Virus record (IMG/VR): IMGVR_UViG_3300035670_000307
Span: 1-50,615 of that record
Reading direction: 5' to 3' (one strand)
DNA from: a virus
Lineage: Duplodnaviria; Caudoviricetes
Length of the DNA: 50,615 bases
In this document: in pieces, positions 1 to 8,602 of the stretch
Layout: each line of letters starts with the position of its first letter
How positions within the stretch are numbered: the stretch's first letter is position 1
Translations under genes and position numbers: made by a program
Notes under the pieces: model-generated
Database searches by the model: none
Told to the model about the DNA's origin: nothing
What the model saw: the letters and a program-made list of their open reading frames with translations, nothing else

Positions 1-308
1 CGACCCGGCCCCGCCAAGCCCCACCCAGATCGACAGACAGCATCTGGGATTTAATTCAAATCAAATGCCCTGCCGCTCATGCCTCGGCACATCATCCATT
101 TATTTTCGATTTAATTTATCCGCCTGATCGATAGCCAGCCGGGCCCGCGGCGTGCACCAGGGCGAGGGGTCTGCAGCGCGTTCACCTGGTATGCTAGCAG
201 AAATCGCAGACACTATCATTTTTATTGTTGACACGCTGGTGCCACCCGTGCGAATCTTCGTTTCACAGTCAGAGCACGCCCTTCCGGGCACAGCAAAGGA
301 ACGAACCA

Positions 309-413
309 ATGATCAAGATGATTGCCCGCCTGTTTCGCAAGCGCTCGAACGCCACGCTTGAGGCAGCCACGCTTGACCTTATCGCATCAACATCAGCAAT
401 GCTTAACCGCTAA
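309..413 (+). CDS. small early protein (34 aa, MIKMIARLFRK...)
   Basis: AAAGGA RBS plus the GCCC..GGGCA leader shared with neighbouring genes; TTGACA at 228-233 upstream. Confidence 0.55.
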   Translation: MIKMIARLFRKRSNATLEAATLDLIASTSAMLNR

Positions 414-561
414 CAATTCGAGTAATTGCTAGAACTGCGAAAAAAATCGCATCAGATAATTTTTTCGCTTTACAGCCCCCGAATCGTCTGGCACTATTCA
501 AATCACAGGAAGCGAACAGCACCTGCCACCGCCCTCCCGGGCAAAGCAAAGGAACAAGACA

Positions 562-909
562 ATGCCTATCTCTCTCTCAAAGATCAGCGACAACAACTAC
601 AACTTCAGCAACTTCACTGCTGCAAATCAGGCTTTGATTGCATGCTCTGCGCATCTTGATGGAGTTGAAGAAGTAAGCGAAAGCATCGCTATTGCTCTTG
701 CAGAAGATTTTTCTGAAAATCTTTATGATGCAAGCGTGGACATGGGATTCAATGATCTCCAGATGCACGATATCGCATGGTCGCAGATCAATGATATCAT
801 AACATCGCTTGAGCATGCCGTTATAACTTTCAAGGTTGGTTATTTGATGAAGAAGAAGATCCAGTCGTATATTCGTTCACTTCATGAATTCGGATACATA
901 GCAGGGTAA
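562..909 (+). CDS. hypothetical acidic early protein
   Basis: 115-aa ORF with AAAGGAA RBS and the shared leader cassette. Confidence 0.75.
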   Translation: MPISLSKISDNNYNFSNFTAANQALIACSAHLDGVEEVSESIAIALAEDFSENLYDASVDMGFNDLQMHDIAWSQINDIITSLEHAVITFKVGYLMKKKIQSYIRSLHEFGYIAG

Positions 910-1033
910 TTAAACACAGGCGGCGGTCCATCAGCCCGCCCGCCATTTGAGCGCCGGGCTTTGTGCCTTTGTCCGGCTCTCAAATGGCGCAAGCCACCAC
1001 CGCCCAACCGGGCACAACGAAGGAAGCAAGACC

Positions 1034-1183
1034 ATGCGTAGAATTGAATCTGAATCGTTCGACTCGTTCATCGATATCGACGCCGCTCTCGACCGTCTGG
1101 GTCGCACCGTTGGCGAAGGCTATTTCTTCAACACCGACGAAGACGCAGAATTCCTCGATTTGAGCGATTACGAGATCAACTGA
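1034..1183 (+). CDS. small, very acidic protein (49 aa)
   Basis: ATG 1034 after GAAGGAAG RBS and the shared leader; D/E-rich. Confidence 0.65.
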   Translation: MRRIESESFDSFIDIDAALDRLGRTVGEGYFFNTDEDAEFLDLSDYEIN

Positions 1184-1236
1184 TCCCAGCCGGACCTGAT
1201 CAACGCCCCAGCGGGCACATGCAAGGAATCAAGACA

Positions 1237-1746
1237 ATGCCGACCCTCGAACAGCTCAAGACATACACAGCCGCCAAGCGCCTAGGAGCTGGCAAGCTGC
1301 TGACAGATGGCCGCAATTTCTGGAAAATAAGCGACTACTGCAACAGCGATCGCAGGGCATACGGTCGCCCCGTCGAACAGGTTTTTCCCGGCGTATTTGC
1401 CGAAGCTGGCAGCTATTGCCAACTGCCGGACGGGCTCGAGGCGTTCAAGGGTGAAGCCGTTTTCTCGTTTTTCCCTGCTATGATGCATCGCAAGATCGAG
1501 ACAATCGAACAGGCCAAGGCATATCTCGAAGCTCTCGAGTCTACTGGCTACATGCACCACCTCGAGGATGACCCGTTCGATATCATTTGGACAGGCGGCT
1601 ACGAAGCCCCGGGGATTGCCGATCTGCAGCTGCTCAAGCGTCAGGCTAATGCTTGCTACAATGACGCTTTCGATTGGGCCGAGCATGAATGCCCGATTGG
1701 CTACGTGCTCGATCTAAAAGGCTTCGACAGCGACAGCGAAGATTGA
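1237..1746 (+). CDS. hypothetical phage protein
   Basis: ATG 1237 after AAGGAA RBS and the shared leader; 169 aa. Confidence 0.8.
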   Translation: MPTLEQLKTYTAAKRLGAGKLLTDGRNFWKISDYCNSDRRAYGRPVEQVFPGVFAEAGSYCQLPDGLEAFKGEAVFSFFPAMMHRKIETIEQAKAYLEALESTGYMHHLEDDPFDIIWTGGYEAPGIADLQLLKRQANACYNDAFDWAEHECPIGYVLDLKGFDSDSED

Positions 1747-1812
1747 GCAGCTGACCTTAGCCGGACCCGGCAACGAGCTGGGTCTAGCCGGACCCAAACA
1801 AGGAGATCGACC

Positions 1813-2058
1813 GTGAAATTTCCAGACCATCTGAAGACCGACGTAATCGAAGAAATGCGCGCCAAGCTGACCGAATCCCGGATTAGCCTCATGAACACCA
1901 TGAGCGATCTGGCAGGCTATAGCGCGCTCGAAAGCAAGGACTTCGACGAATTCGAGAACGCGCTGCAGGCCATGAGCAAGATCAATTTCGAATTGATGTA
2001 TGAGGTCGACAAGCGGCTCGATCTGCAGACATTCATCAGGGAGCTGGCAGATGTTTGA
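1813..2058 (+). CDS. hypothetical helical protein
   Basis: AAGGAG RBS, GTG start. Confidence 0.75.
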   Translation: MKFPDHLKTDVIEEMRAKLTESRISLMNTMSDLAGYSALESKDFDEFENALQAMSKINFELMYEVDKRLDLQTFIRELADV

Positions 2059-2275
2059 TTGTGGGCGTGGATTCGACTTCTTCCCAGATCTTAGCAAGGA
2101 TATAGAGTATGCTGAAAAGCTTTCCGATGAAGATCTATTGGCCAAGATAAGGGTTATGGCTCTTATCGAAAGTCTTTCGGGAATACCATCTGTAGCCATG
2201 CACGGGATGGAATCTATAGCTTTGTCGATTGTTGCAGAGCAAAGAGGCTTGATCAAGCGCGTCGCTGAAGACTGA
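2051..2275 (+). CDS. hypothetical protein
   Basis: ATG 2051 overlaps the upstream gene end; GGGAG RBS. Confidence 0.6.
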   Translation: MFDCGRGFDFFPDLSKDIEYAEKLSDEDLLAKIRVMALIESLSGIPSVAMHGMESIALSIVAEQRGLIKRVAED

Positions 2276-2315
2276 ACCTAGCCAGCCCCCGGGGGCACAT
2301 TGAAGGACTTGCCAG

Positions 2316-2735
2316 ATGATTTTCAAGATCGTTTCAGATGATCAGATCGCCATATCGTTCGACAGCCGGGATATCGCCAAGCTGCGCACGATTGAGCGCA
2401 ATGGGGCAGAGGCCGACTGGCTGCCCGAATGCACCTACAGGCGTTCAACGGGCACTTGGAGCATCACGCAGAACGCCCCCGGGGGCAACAAGACGCCGGC
2501 CTTTGAGCTGATGCGCCGCTTTTGCCGGGAATTTATAGACCGGGGCGTCTATGACGATACGGCACGAGGCCTCTCGACGATGGTTCTCTCGCTTGATCGA
2601 TTGATCGATTTGATGGTCATATCGCGCCGGATGACTGAAACGGAGACAGAAGCGGTATTTGGCGGGCAGGACTTGATCGAGAAGGCTCCGGTCAAGTCGC
2701 ACCCGGTCAATCCCTACAGCAAGCGGCCGGACTAA
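2316..2735 (+). CDS. hypothetical protein
   Basis: GAAGGA RBS plus the shared leader hairpin. Confidence 0.75.
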   Translation: MIFKIVSDDQIAISFDSRDIAKLRTIERNGAEADWLPECTYRRSTGTWSITQNAPGGNKTPAFELMRRFCREFIDRGVYDDTARGLSTMVLSLDRLIDLMVISRRMTETETEAVFGGQDLIEKAPVKSHPVNPYSKRPD

Positions 2736-2736
2736 T

Positions 2737-2765
2737 TTGCAAGCCCATTTGGGCGGCCGTATACT
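2737..2765 (+). promoter_or_regulatory. sigma70-type promoter
   Basis: TTGCAA-N17-TATACT upstream of the ORF at 2806. Confidence 0.6.
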
Positions 2766-2805
2766 TCCAAAACGACGCCCAAGGGCAAAGCGAAGGATTA
2801 ACCCT

Positions 2806-3048
2806 ATGAAACACTCGAAGCTCTATCTCGCAGGCGCTGCCGTCCTGATGGCCATTGCCGTGATGGCATTTCTCCCGGACTTTATAGCCGTCGCCTCCCT
2901 GCTGATCACCAGTTCAATCGCTTTTGGCTGGTCGCTCTACTCGAGGATGCTGGATCGCCGTTCGGTCGAAGTCGACGCTATCCTCTCCCAGTATGACCAA
3001 TACGAGCTGCGCAAGGCTACCCGCTGGGTTGGCCGCAGCTCACTCTAG
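2806..3048 (+). CDS. small membrane protein (2 TM)
   Basis: ATG 2806 after GAAGGA; two hydrophobic segments. Confidence 0.7.
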   Translation: MKHSKLYLAGAAVLMAIAVMAFLPDFIAVASLLITSSIAFGWSLYSRMLDRRSVEVDAILSQYDQYELRKATRWVGRSSL

Positions 3049-3102
3049 CCGGACCTCGCTCAAACGCAGCTGACCCTAGCCGGACCTTTTCGGGAATTTA
3101 TC

Positions 3103-3936
3103 ATGATTGAATTCGACAACACATTCGACACTTTCGAGCAGCTGCCGGAGAAGCTTCACGTCACCCCCGGCCGTTCGTTTCATGCTTCCCTGATGCGTTC
3201 GATGGGCGCGAAGTTTTCGGACGTGGCCACGTTCTTTGGTGTGCCGTTCCTCAATCCGGAGCACCCTCTGGTCAAGGCGCGATACCCGTTCTTTGCCCCC
3301 ATGCTTGCCCCGCTGCAGCGTGCCGTCAACGTGATGGCGTTCGATGCCGGGGTGATACTGACCGACGATCTCGAGGACGTGATTGCTACGCAGGCGACCA
3401 ACCTCACGATTGCCCGGGCGGCGTTCATGAAGGCAGTCTATGCCGACCCTCTCGAGCTGCAGGACGAGGATCTGGTCGAGAATATCGACTACCTCTGCGA
3501 AGCCTTGCTGCCGACCGACTATGCCGACAGCGAAGATATGCGCCGGGAGCGTGCCAAGCGCTACGAGGACTGCTTGCCCGATGATCGCCGCGTGCCTCTA
3601 GTCGACCATGCTTCCCCTTGGTCTGTGCTGATGGGCATGTGTGGCATTGGCGCCCAGAAGATGATGCAGTTTGGCTATTCGAAGGCGCAGTCAGGTCTTA
3701 TCGGACAGGGCAGGCTGGCTATCGACGATGAAGATGCGATCTTCTGGATTGCTGATCAGGCCGTCCAAGTTGCCGAGAAGCTGCGCATTATCCACGCCAT
3801 TGGAATTGATGATCCTGACAGCTTCATGATCGACAAGATCGAGCAGCTGACCCCCTCGCAACTGGCAACGGCTTGGCAGCTATTCCCGACCAGCCGGACC
3901 CAGATCGAGACTTACACACCCTACCTGTCAATCTGA
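3103..3936 (+). CDS. hypothetical protein
   Basis: 277-aa ORF with phage-typical codon usage; no recognisable motif. Confidence 0.8.
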   Translation: MIEFDNTFDTFEQLPEKLHVTPGRSFHASLMRSMGAKFSDVATFFGVPFLNPEHPLVKARYPFFAPMLAPLQRAVNVMAFDAGVILTDDLEDVIATQATNLTIARAAFMKAVYADPLELQDEDLVENIDYLCEALLPTDYADSEDMRRERAKRYEDCLPDDRRVPLVDHASPWSVLMGMCGIGAQKMMQFGYSKAQSGLIGQGRLAIDDEDAIFWIADQAVQVAEKLRIIHAIGIDDPDSFMIDKIEQLTPSQLATAWQLFPTSRTQIETYTPYLSI

Positions 3937-3950
3937 AGGGACGACCGCAC

Positions 3951-4151
3951 ATGAGATGGATCTTCGCACTTGCCGCCATCCTGTGTGTGGTCGGACTTCT
4001 GCCTTTGAACGTTCTGGTAGTGCCATTGCTGATGGCGATCATCTTCAGCCTGGTTCAAAACCTAAGGCGCAAGCTCGCCCTAGCCGGGCCCTCGAGCAAG
4101 CTGACTCTAGCCGGGCCCACACACCCTCCCATGAAGAAAGCGATCACGTGA
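3951..4151 (+). CDS. small membrane protein
   Basis: ATG 3951; hydrophobic N-terminal half. Confidence 0.55.
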   Translation: MRWIFALAAILCVVGLLPLNVLVVPLLMAIIFSLVQNLRRKLALAGPSSKLTLAGPTHPPMKKAIT

Positions 4152-4318
4152 CAGCTATCATCCTCTCTCTATTCGGAATCCTGCTTGCTGCTGGAACTGC
4201 TCTCATTGCTGTGCAAGGATGGCAGATCCTCGAGCAAACCGAGCATGCGACAGCAGATCTGGCAGCCGCAGACCAGGCTAACGTGGATCAAATCAAGAAC
4301 ATCCTCGAGATCCGATAA
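4148..4318 (+). CDS. small membrane-anchored protein
   Basis: GTG overlaps the upstream TGA; N-terminal TM. Confidence 0.5.
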   Translation: MTAIILSLFGILLAAGTALIAVQGWQILEQTEHATADLAAADQANVDQIKNILEIR

Positions 4319-4421
4319 TAACGGGCTTTTTTGTTGGAAATAATAGCAGTTCTAGCAATTTAGGGCTTGGTGATCTTCTTAAAATCGCATATAATGCCAA
4401 TGTAACGAAGGGAGCCGTGTC

Positions 4422-4811
4422 ATGCCAGAAAGCATCCGAGTTAGTGTCCATGCGATCATGCGTTATGCCGAACGATTTGTCGGTATTGATACGGCGCGTG
4501 AGATACGAAAGCTCGAGTCTGCTTACCCTGGCCGACAGATCAAGGAATCCGACGTCATGAAGCACCTGTGCATGCAGGGCGTCATCGACAAGGAAGCGAT
4601 CATAACAGCGCTCACACCACCGGCCGTGCAGACAGCCGCTGCTCTGGGATGCTGCAATGTGATCACCAGTGAAGGCGTGATCGTGGTGAACAACTACGCA
4701 GTCGTGTCCTTCTTGTCTCACGAAATGCGCAGGCACAACCGCAAGCTCAAGGAAAAGGAAGGTCTTTTCTACAAGGGCGGGCGGAGACTGCGCCACAAGA
4801 AAGCGGCGTGA
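4422..4811 (+). CDS. conserved phage hypothetical protein (HAxxRYxER motif)
   Basis: VSVHAIMRYAERFVGID motif, common in alphaproteobacterial phages; GGGAG RBS. Confidence 0.75.
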   Translation: MPESIRVSVHAIMRYAERFVGIDTAREIRKLESAYPGRQIKESDVMKHLCMQGVIDKEAIITALTPPAVQTAAALGCCNVITSEGVIVVNNYAVVSFLSHEMRRHNRKLKEKEGLFYKGGRRLRHKKAA

Positions 4812-4896
4812 TCTAGGGCGAAAGCCTCTCTGACATTGCTGATGGTTTTAACGTGCAGAAGCGCGATTGCCTTTCTGCGTCTGACGGGAGCGTCTT

Positions 4897-6135
4897 ATGG
4901 GTGATGACAAAGTATATTTAAGCATCAGCAATGGAAAATCGACGTTCATGAACATGGCTGATCTAAACAAGGCGTATTTTCAGATGGTTGAAAAAGAAAT
5001 TCGTTTCAGAGAAACAACGTCTGGTATGTTATTTCCTGTAACATATGATAAAAATAATGGAGACGAAGACGAGCTCGATGATAATGCTTATGAGGCATAC
5101 GAGGAAGCCCGTCGCAGCGTTGAAAAATACCTGCATGATGCTGATGATATCGACGGATCATTCGACCACATCTACGGAAACGAGGATGCTCTCTCCAGCC
5201 TGACTGGACTTATCCGGGCACCGGTCGAACATGCAGAGCTCTACAAGGCGTATGGCATGTCACTGCCAAAGGGCGTGCTGCTCTATGGCCCTCCGGGATG
5301 TGGCAAGACCATGTTTGCCCGTGCCGCTGCTGCTGAAATGCACGAGATCTACGGCGAAAAATTGACTGTGGAATTCATGCTGATCTCTGGGGCAGAGCTG
5401 CAGAGCCCTTACGTCGGTATGACAGAGCGGAAGATCAAAGAAATCTTCACGTTCGCCAGAGCCTACAAGGCGTTCAAGAAGCACCCGCTCCTGATCTTTA
5501 TCGATGAAGCTGATGCGATCCTGCCAGATCGTAATACGTCTCGGAATTCGTGGGAAAAGACACAGGTCGCCACTTTCCTTGCTGAAATGGATGGCGTGAT
5601 CGAGAGCGGCGCTTTCGTGATGCTGGCAACCAACCGGCCGGACGCCATAGACCAGGCGGTGCTGCGTGATGGCCGCTGCGACATGAAGATCTGCATCAAG
5701 CGCCCGAACATGGATGCTGTCGAGCATATCGTTCGCAAGAATTTCGAGGGTGTGCCGCTGCATGGCGGATCAATCGATGACATGGTTTTTGCAGCTGTCG
5801 AGAGCTTCTTCGACCCTCACAAAATCATCATGGAAGGTCACGCATTCGTCGCCAATCCACAGGACAAGACCGTTGCGAACGTGCTGAACAAGCACTTCAC
5901 GCTCGAGAATATCGTCTCTGGTGCGATGGCTGCATCTGTTCCCAGCCGTGCAAAGATCCGTGCTTTCCAGCGCGACAAGCTGTCTGGAACGCTCACTGGC
6001 GTGACCACTGATGATGTGATCGGAGCGGTCAAGGATATCTTCGACGAGAACAAAGGGCTCTCGCATTCCTTTGCCGAGATGGAATTCCGTCAGGAATTCA
6101 GCGCTGAACTTTCAAAGAAAATGGGAGGTAAGTGA
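4897..6135 (+). CDS. AAA+ ATPase, ARC/Mpa (proteasome-ATPase)-like
   Basis: Walker A GPPGCGKT, pore loop PYVG, Walker B IFIDEAD, SRH ATNRPDAIDQAVLRDGR; C-terminal SGAMAASVPSRAK resembles the ARC/Mpa SGAM..VVDRAK segment. Confidence 0.9.
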   Translation: MGDDKVYLSISNGKSTFMNMADLNKAYFQMVEKEIRFRETTSGMLFPVTYDKNNGDEDELDDNAYEAYEEARRSVEKYLHDADDIDGSFDHIYGNEDALSSLTGLIRAPVEHAELYKAYGMSLPKGVLLYGPPGCGKTMFARAAAAEMHEIYGEKLTVEFMLISGAELQSPYVGMTERKIKEIFTFARAYKAFKKHPLLIFIDEADAILPDRNTSRNSWEKTQVATFLAEMDGVIESGAFVMLATNRPDAIDQAVLRDGRCDMKICIKRPNMDAVEHIVRKNFEGVPLHGGSIDDMVFAAVESFFDPHKIIMEGHAFVANPQDKTVANVLNKHFTLENIVSGAMAASVPSRAKIRAFQRDKLSGTLTGVTTDDVIGAVKDIFDENKGLSHSFAEMEFRQEFSAELSKKMGGK

Positions 6136-6136
6136 G

Positions 6137-6484
6137 ATGAGCGACAAGGATCAAGCTATCGCTAACCTTAACGAGCTAAGAGGCTCAAATCTGTGGGCGG
6201 ATAAGGGTGGAATCGCTATCTCTGATCAGGTGGTCGACTATGCCATAGATTTGGTTAAGCGATTTGATGAGGTATCTTACCTTCCAATCTCGCCAACTCC
6301 TTATGGAACTATTCTGTTCGAGAAAGGCCCTGTCTCATACGAAATAGGGCCTGCTGGTATTTTCGAAGCCTATGGATTTGACAAGAACTCCAAGCACGAC
6401 GCTTATGATTATGAAATAGATCTGACGGAAGATCCCGAACCTATCATCGCAAAGGTCAGGGAATTTTGGAAAGGCAGAGCATGA
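6137..6484 (+). CDS. hypothetical protein
   Basis: GGAGG RBS; coupled to the ATPase gene. Confidence 0.75.
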   Translation: MSDKDQAIANLNELRGSNLWADKGGIAISDQVVDYAIDLVKRFDEVSYLPISPTPYGTILFEKGPVSYEIGPAGIFEAYGFDKNSKHDAYDYEIDLTEDPEPIIAKVREFWKGRA

Positions 6485-7041
6485 ACGACAGCGTAAAACC
6501 TTCCACAATGACTGCTTTGTGGTTCGAAAACAACGTTATTGACAGATATGAATTGCCTGAACATCTCACGGTAGAAGGAAGCGTCGACTTATCCAAAGTT
6601 CCTACACCCATAAAACTACCAAATAATCTTAAGATACTAGGCAATCTCAACTTGGAGGATTGCAAAGGCATAACTGAACTTCCGGATAACCTTTATATTG
6701 ATAAATCGTGCTTCATAGATGGGTGCACTAACCTGACAAATATTCCGAAGAATATGTCAGTCGGTTTATCACTCTATTTCAGTGAAAATATTCATCCAAA
6801 AAGCTTTAGCTTTGTTAGAGCAAGCCGATATCACGGAGACGAAATTTTCTATTCGACGCCGGAGAATATGCTGCGGATCAAAAAAGATTTGCCAGATTCT
6901 GTAATTCTGCAGATGGATGGTCGCAAAATTGAGGAAATCTTTGATCATTGGTTCTTGGATGTGACAGGCATCAGAGGCCTTGCAATTGAGAGCGCAGAAA
7001 AAACACGTGAGGGAATAGAGATATATCTAGAACTGGAATGA
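6481..7041 (+). CDS. leucine-rich-repeat protein, paralogue 1
   Basis: LPxxLxVxGxLxL repeats; C-terminal LPDSVILQMDGRKIEEIFDHWFLDVTGIRG. Confidence 0.8.
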   Translation: MNDSVKPSTMTALWFENNVIDRYELPEHLTVEGSVDLSKVPTPIKLPNNLKILGNLNLEDCKGITELPDNLYIDKSCFIDGCTNLTNIPKNMSVGLSLYFSENIHPKSFSFVRASRYHGDEIFYSTPENMLRIKKDLPDSVILQMDGRKIEEIFDHWFLDVTGIRGLAIESAEKTREGIEIYLELE

Positions 7042-7050
7042 CAACCCGTT

Positions 7051-7839
7051 CTAGTTCCCCAGAGCCCTCTCCACTGCAGCATCGATCAGCCTGATAGCCT
7101 TCTGCGGGATCTTCTCCTTGCCGAAGCGCATACCGTCCTTCTTGAAGTGCAGGCGCGGGTTATTATAGTCTGCTTCCTTAGAGAAGCGGACTATAAGCTT
7201 GGTTTTCCAGCGATATTTCAGCTTACCGCCAAACCATTTTCCAGGCAGACCCCGGCGTCCCTTGGTCACAGCCTTCGAAAGCTTGGTCAGCTCCCAGATA
7301 CCGTCGACTTCAGGGAACCTGGCCTGTCCGCCATGATTCTTGAGCTTGAAGATGCGATAGAGCTTGGTGCCGGCCGGGTAGGCTGACTTACCGCTGCCCT
7401 TGAACTTGGCGACACGCTTGGGCGTCTTGGACAGCCACTTACGCTGCCAGCCGCCCTTGCCATAACCGCCACCATACTGGTCCTTCTCGCTTGCAGCGAT
7501 GGCAGCCGGGCCGTCCTTCTCGCCAGCCTTGTGCTTTTTGACGCCGCCGTATTCAGGGTATTCCAGATACTCTGCTTGCTTTGGCCTCACGTAAGCACGG
7601 GATTCTAGCACGGGTTGCCCGCGCTTTACGCCATCCCAGTCATAAGCACCACGTGTGAATGTTCGAGGCCGGTCGATATCCTGATCAATCCTGCCTTTCT
7701 TGTATTCCACGTAGTCCTTGGCGCCATAGGTCAGCGCGCTTGCTATGGCTTTCTCGACTTCACGCTCTGATAGGCCACGCATACGCGCAGCAAGAATGGC
7801 CATTTTTGGCGACTTAACTGTGACCGTGACGAAGCTCAT
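7051..7839 (-). CDS. putative neck/tail-completion protein (gpZ/HK97 gp10-like), displaced
   Basis: basic protein with DRPRTFT...AEYL..PEYGG and C-terminal YNNPRLHF motifs typical of this family; has its own promoter. Confidence 0.6.
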   Translation of the reverse strand: MSFVTVTVKSPKMAILAARMRGLSEREVEKAIASALTYGAKDYVEYKKGRIDQDIDRPRTFTRGAYDWDGVKRGQPVLESRAYVRPKQAEYLEYPEYGGVKKHKAGEKDGPAAIAASEKDQYGGGYGKGGWQRKWLSKTPKRVAKFKGSGKSAYPAGTKLYRIFKLKNHGGQARFPEVDGIWELTKLSKAVTKGRRGLPGKWFGGKLKYRWKTKLIVRFSKEADYNNPRLHFKKDGMRFGKEKIPQKAIRLIDAAVERALGN

Positions 7840-7947
7840 GCCTGGATCATACAGGAATAGGTAAAAAAATGCTAGAACGGCGAATTTTTCGCTTGGCGTC
7901 TAGCAAAAATAGCATTATTATTCCTATCCAGCGAGGGAGAATATCAA

Positions 7948-8535
7948 ATGTCGTCATCAGGTGATGTATCTAACGGACCAAACCTGCCGAAACTGCGCCC
8001 TGAAGACATATCCGATGACAGTCTTAGACTTCTCGCTGCTGACATAATCAACGACGCGATCAAGAAAGCCAAGCAAGAGCTGGTGCATGATCCATATAGT
8101 TTCGGCCGAAATCAGCGCTTCCTCTTGAACTACCATACCGAATGCATTGAACAGAATCCTTCCTTCCTTCCCGTCTGGCTCGCCTGCTTAGGCTTGGATG
8201 TTACATTTTTTGTCGAGTGGGCAGAGACATTCCTCGACAGCTTCGCTCAAGAAATTATCGCTTCAGGCAAGATCGTCCCTATCAAAAAGCGCTCACGGGT
8301 CGGACGGGGTAAGTCTGCACAGCAGGCTAACAGCGCGACAGAATACGATGATGATGATCTCGACGAAGAGATTGAGCAGATCATCGAAGAAACCGACGCC
8401 AAGGTTTTAACCAAGATCAATCTGGAACTCTGGGTAAAACTCCCAGTCCACCACGCCCCACCACGCGACAAGATCCGCGTGCGGCAAAGCAAGGATCCCA
8501 GCGCAGACCAGTTCGAGCTTCTGGTCGCTGCCTGA
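7948..8535 (+). CDS. hypothetical protein
   Basis: GAGGGAG RBS; 195 aa. Confidence 0.75.
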   Translation: MSSSGDVSNGPNLPKLRPEDISDDSLRLLAADIINDAIKKAKQELVHDPYSFGRNQRFLLNYHTECIEQNPSFLPVWLACLGLDVTFFVEWAETFLDSFAQEIIASGKIVPIKKRSRVGRGKSAQQANSATEYDDDDLDEEIEQIIEETDAKVLTKINLELWVKLPVHHAPPRDKIRVRQSKDPSADQFELLVAA

Positions 8536-8602
8536 ATAACTGAATCCCGCCCGATCCTGATCTTGGGTCGCGCCATAGTCGTGTCATCGAAGGAGACGTT
8601 CA

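Larger units (their letters stand above)
278..2808 (+). promoter_or_regulatory. repeated start-associated cassette (GCCC-N2-4-GGGCA hairpin + AAGGA RBS) before six early genes
   Basis: hairpins start at 278, 531, 1002, 1205, 2285, 2777, each about 30 nt before an ATG. Confidence 0.85.
1178..4117 (+). repeat. dispersed polar 19-bp repeat AGCTGACYCTAGCCGGRCC
   Basis: copies at 1178-1196, 1749-1767, 1776-1794, 3037-3055, 3068-3086, 4072-4090, 4099-4117; partial copies at 136-146, 2271-2289, 3891-3900. Confidence 0.9.

Noticed and set aside
1747-4117. CRISPR or mini-CRISPR array from the paired repeats
   Set aside because: Repeats are 19 bp with only 8-12 bp between paired copies, the pairs are about 1 kb apart, and no cas genes are present
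4897-6484. Phage-encoded Pup-proteasome system
   Set aside because: No Pup-like ORF ending in GGE/GGQ, and no PafA/Dop or 20S subunit was recognised
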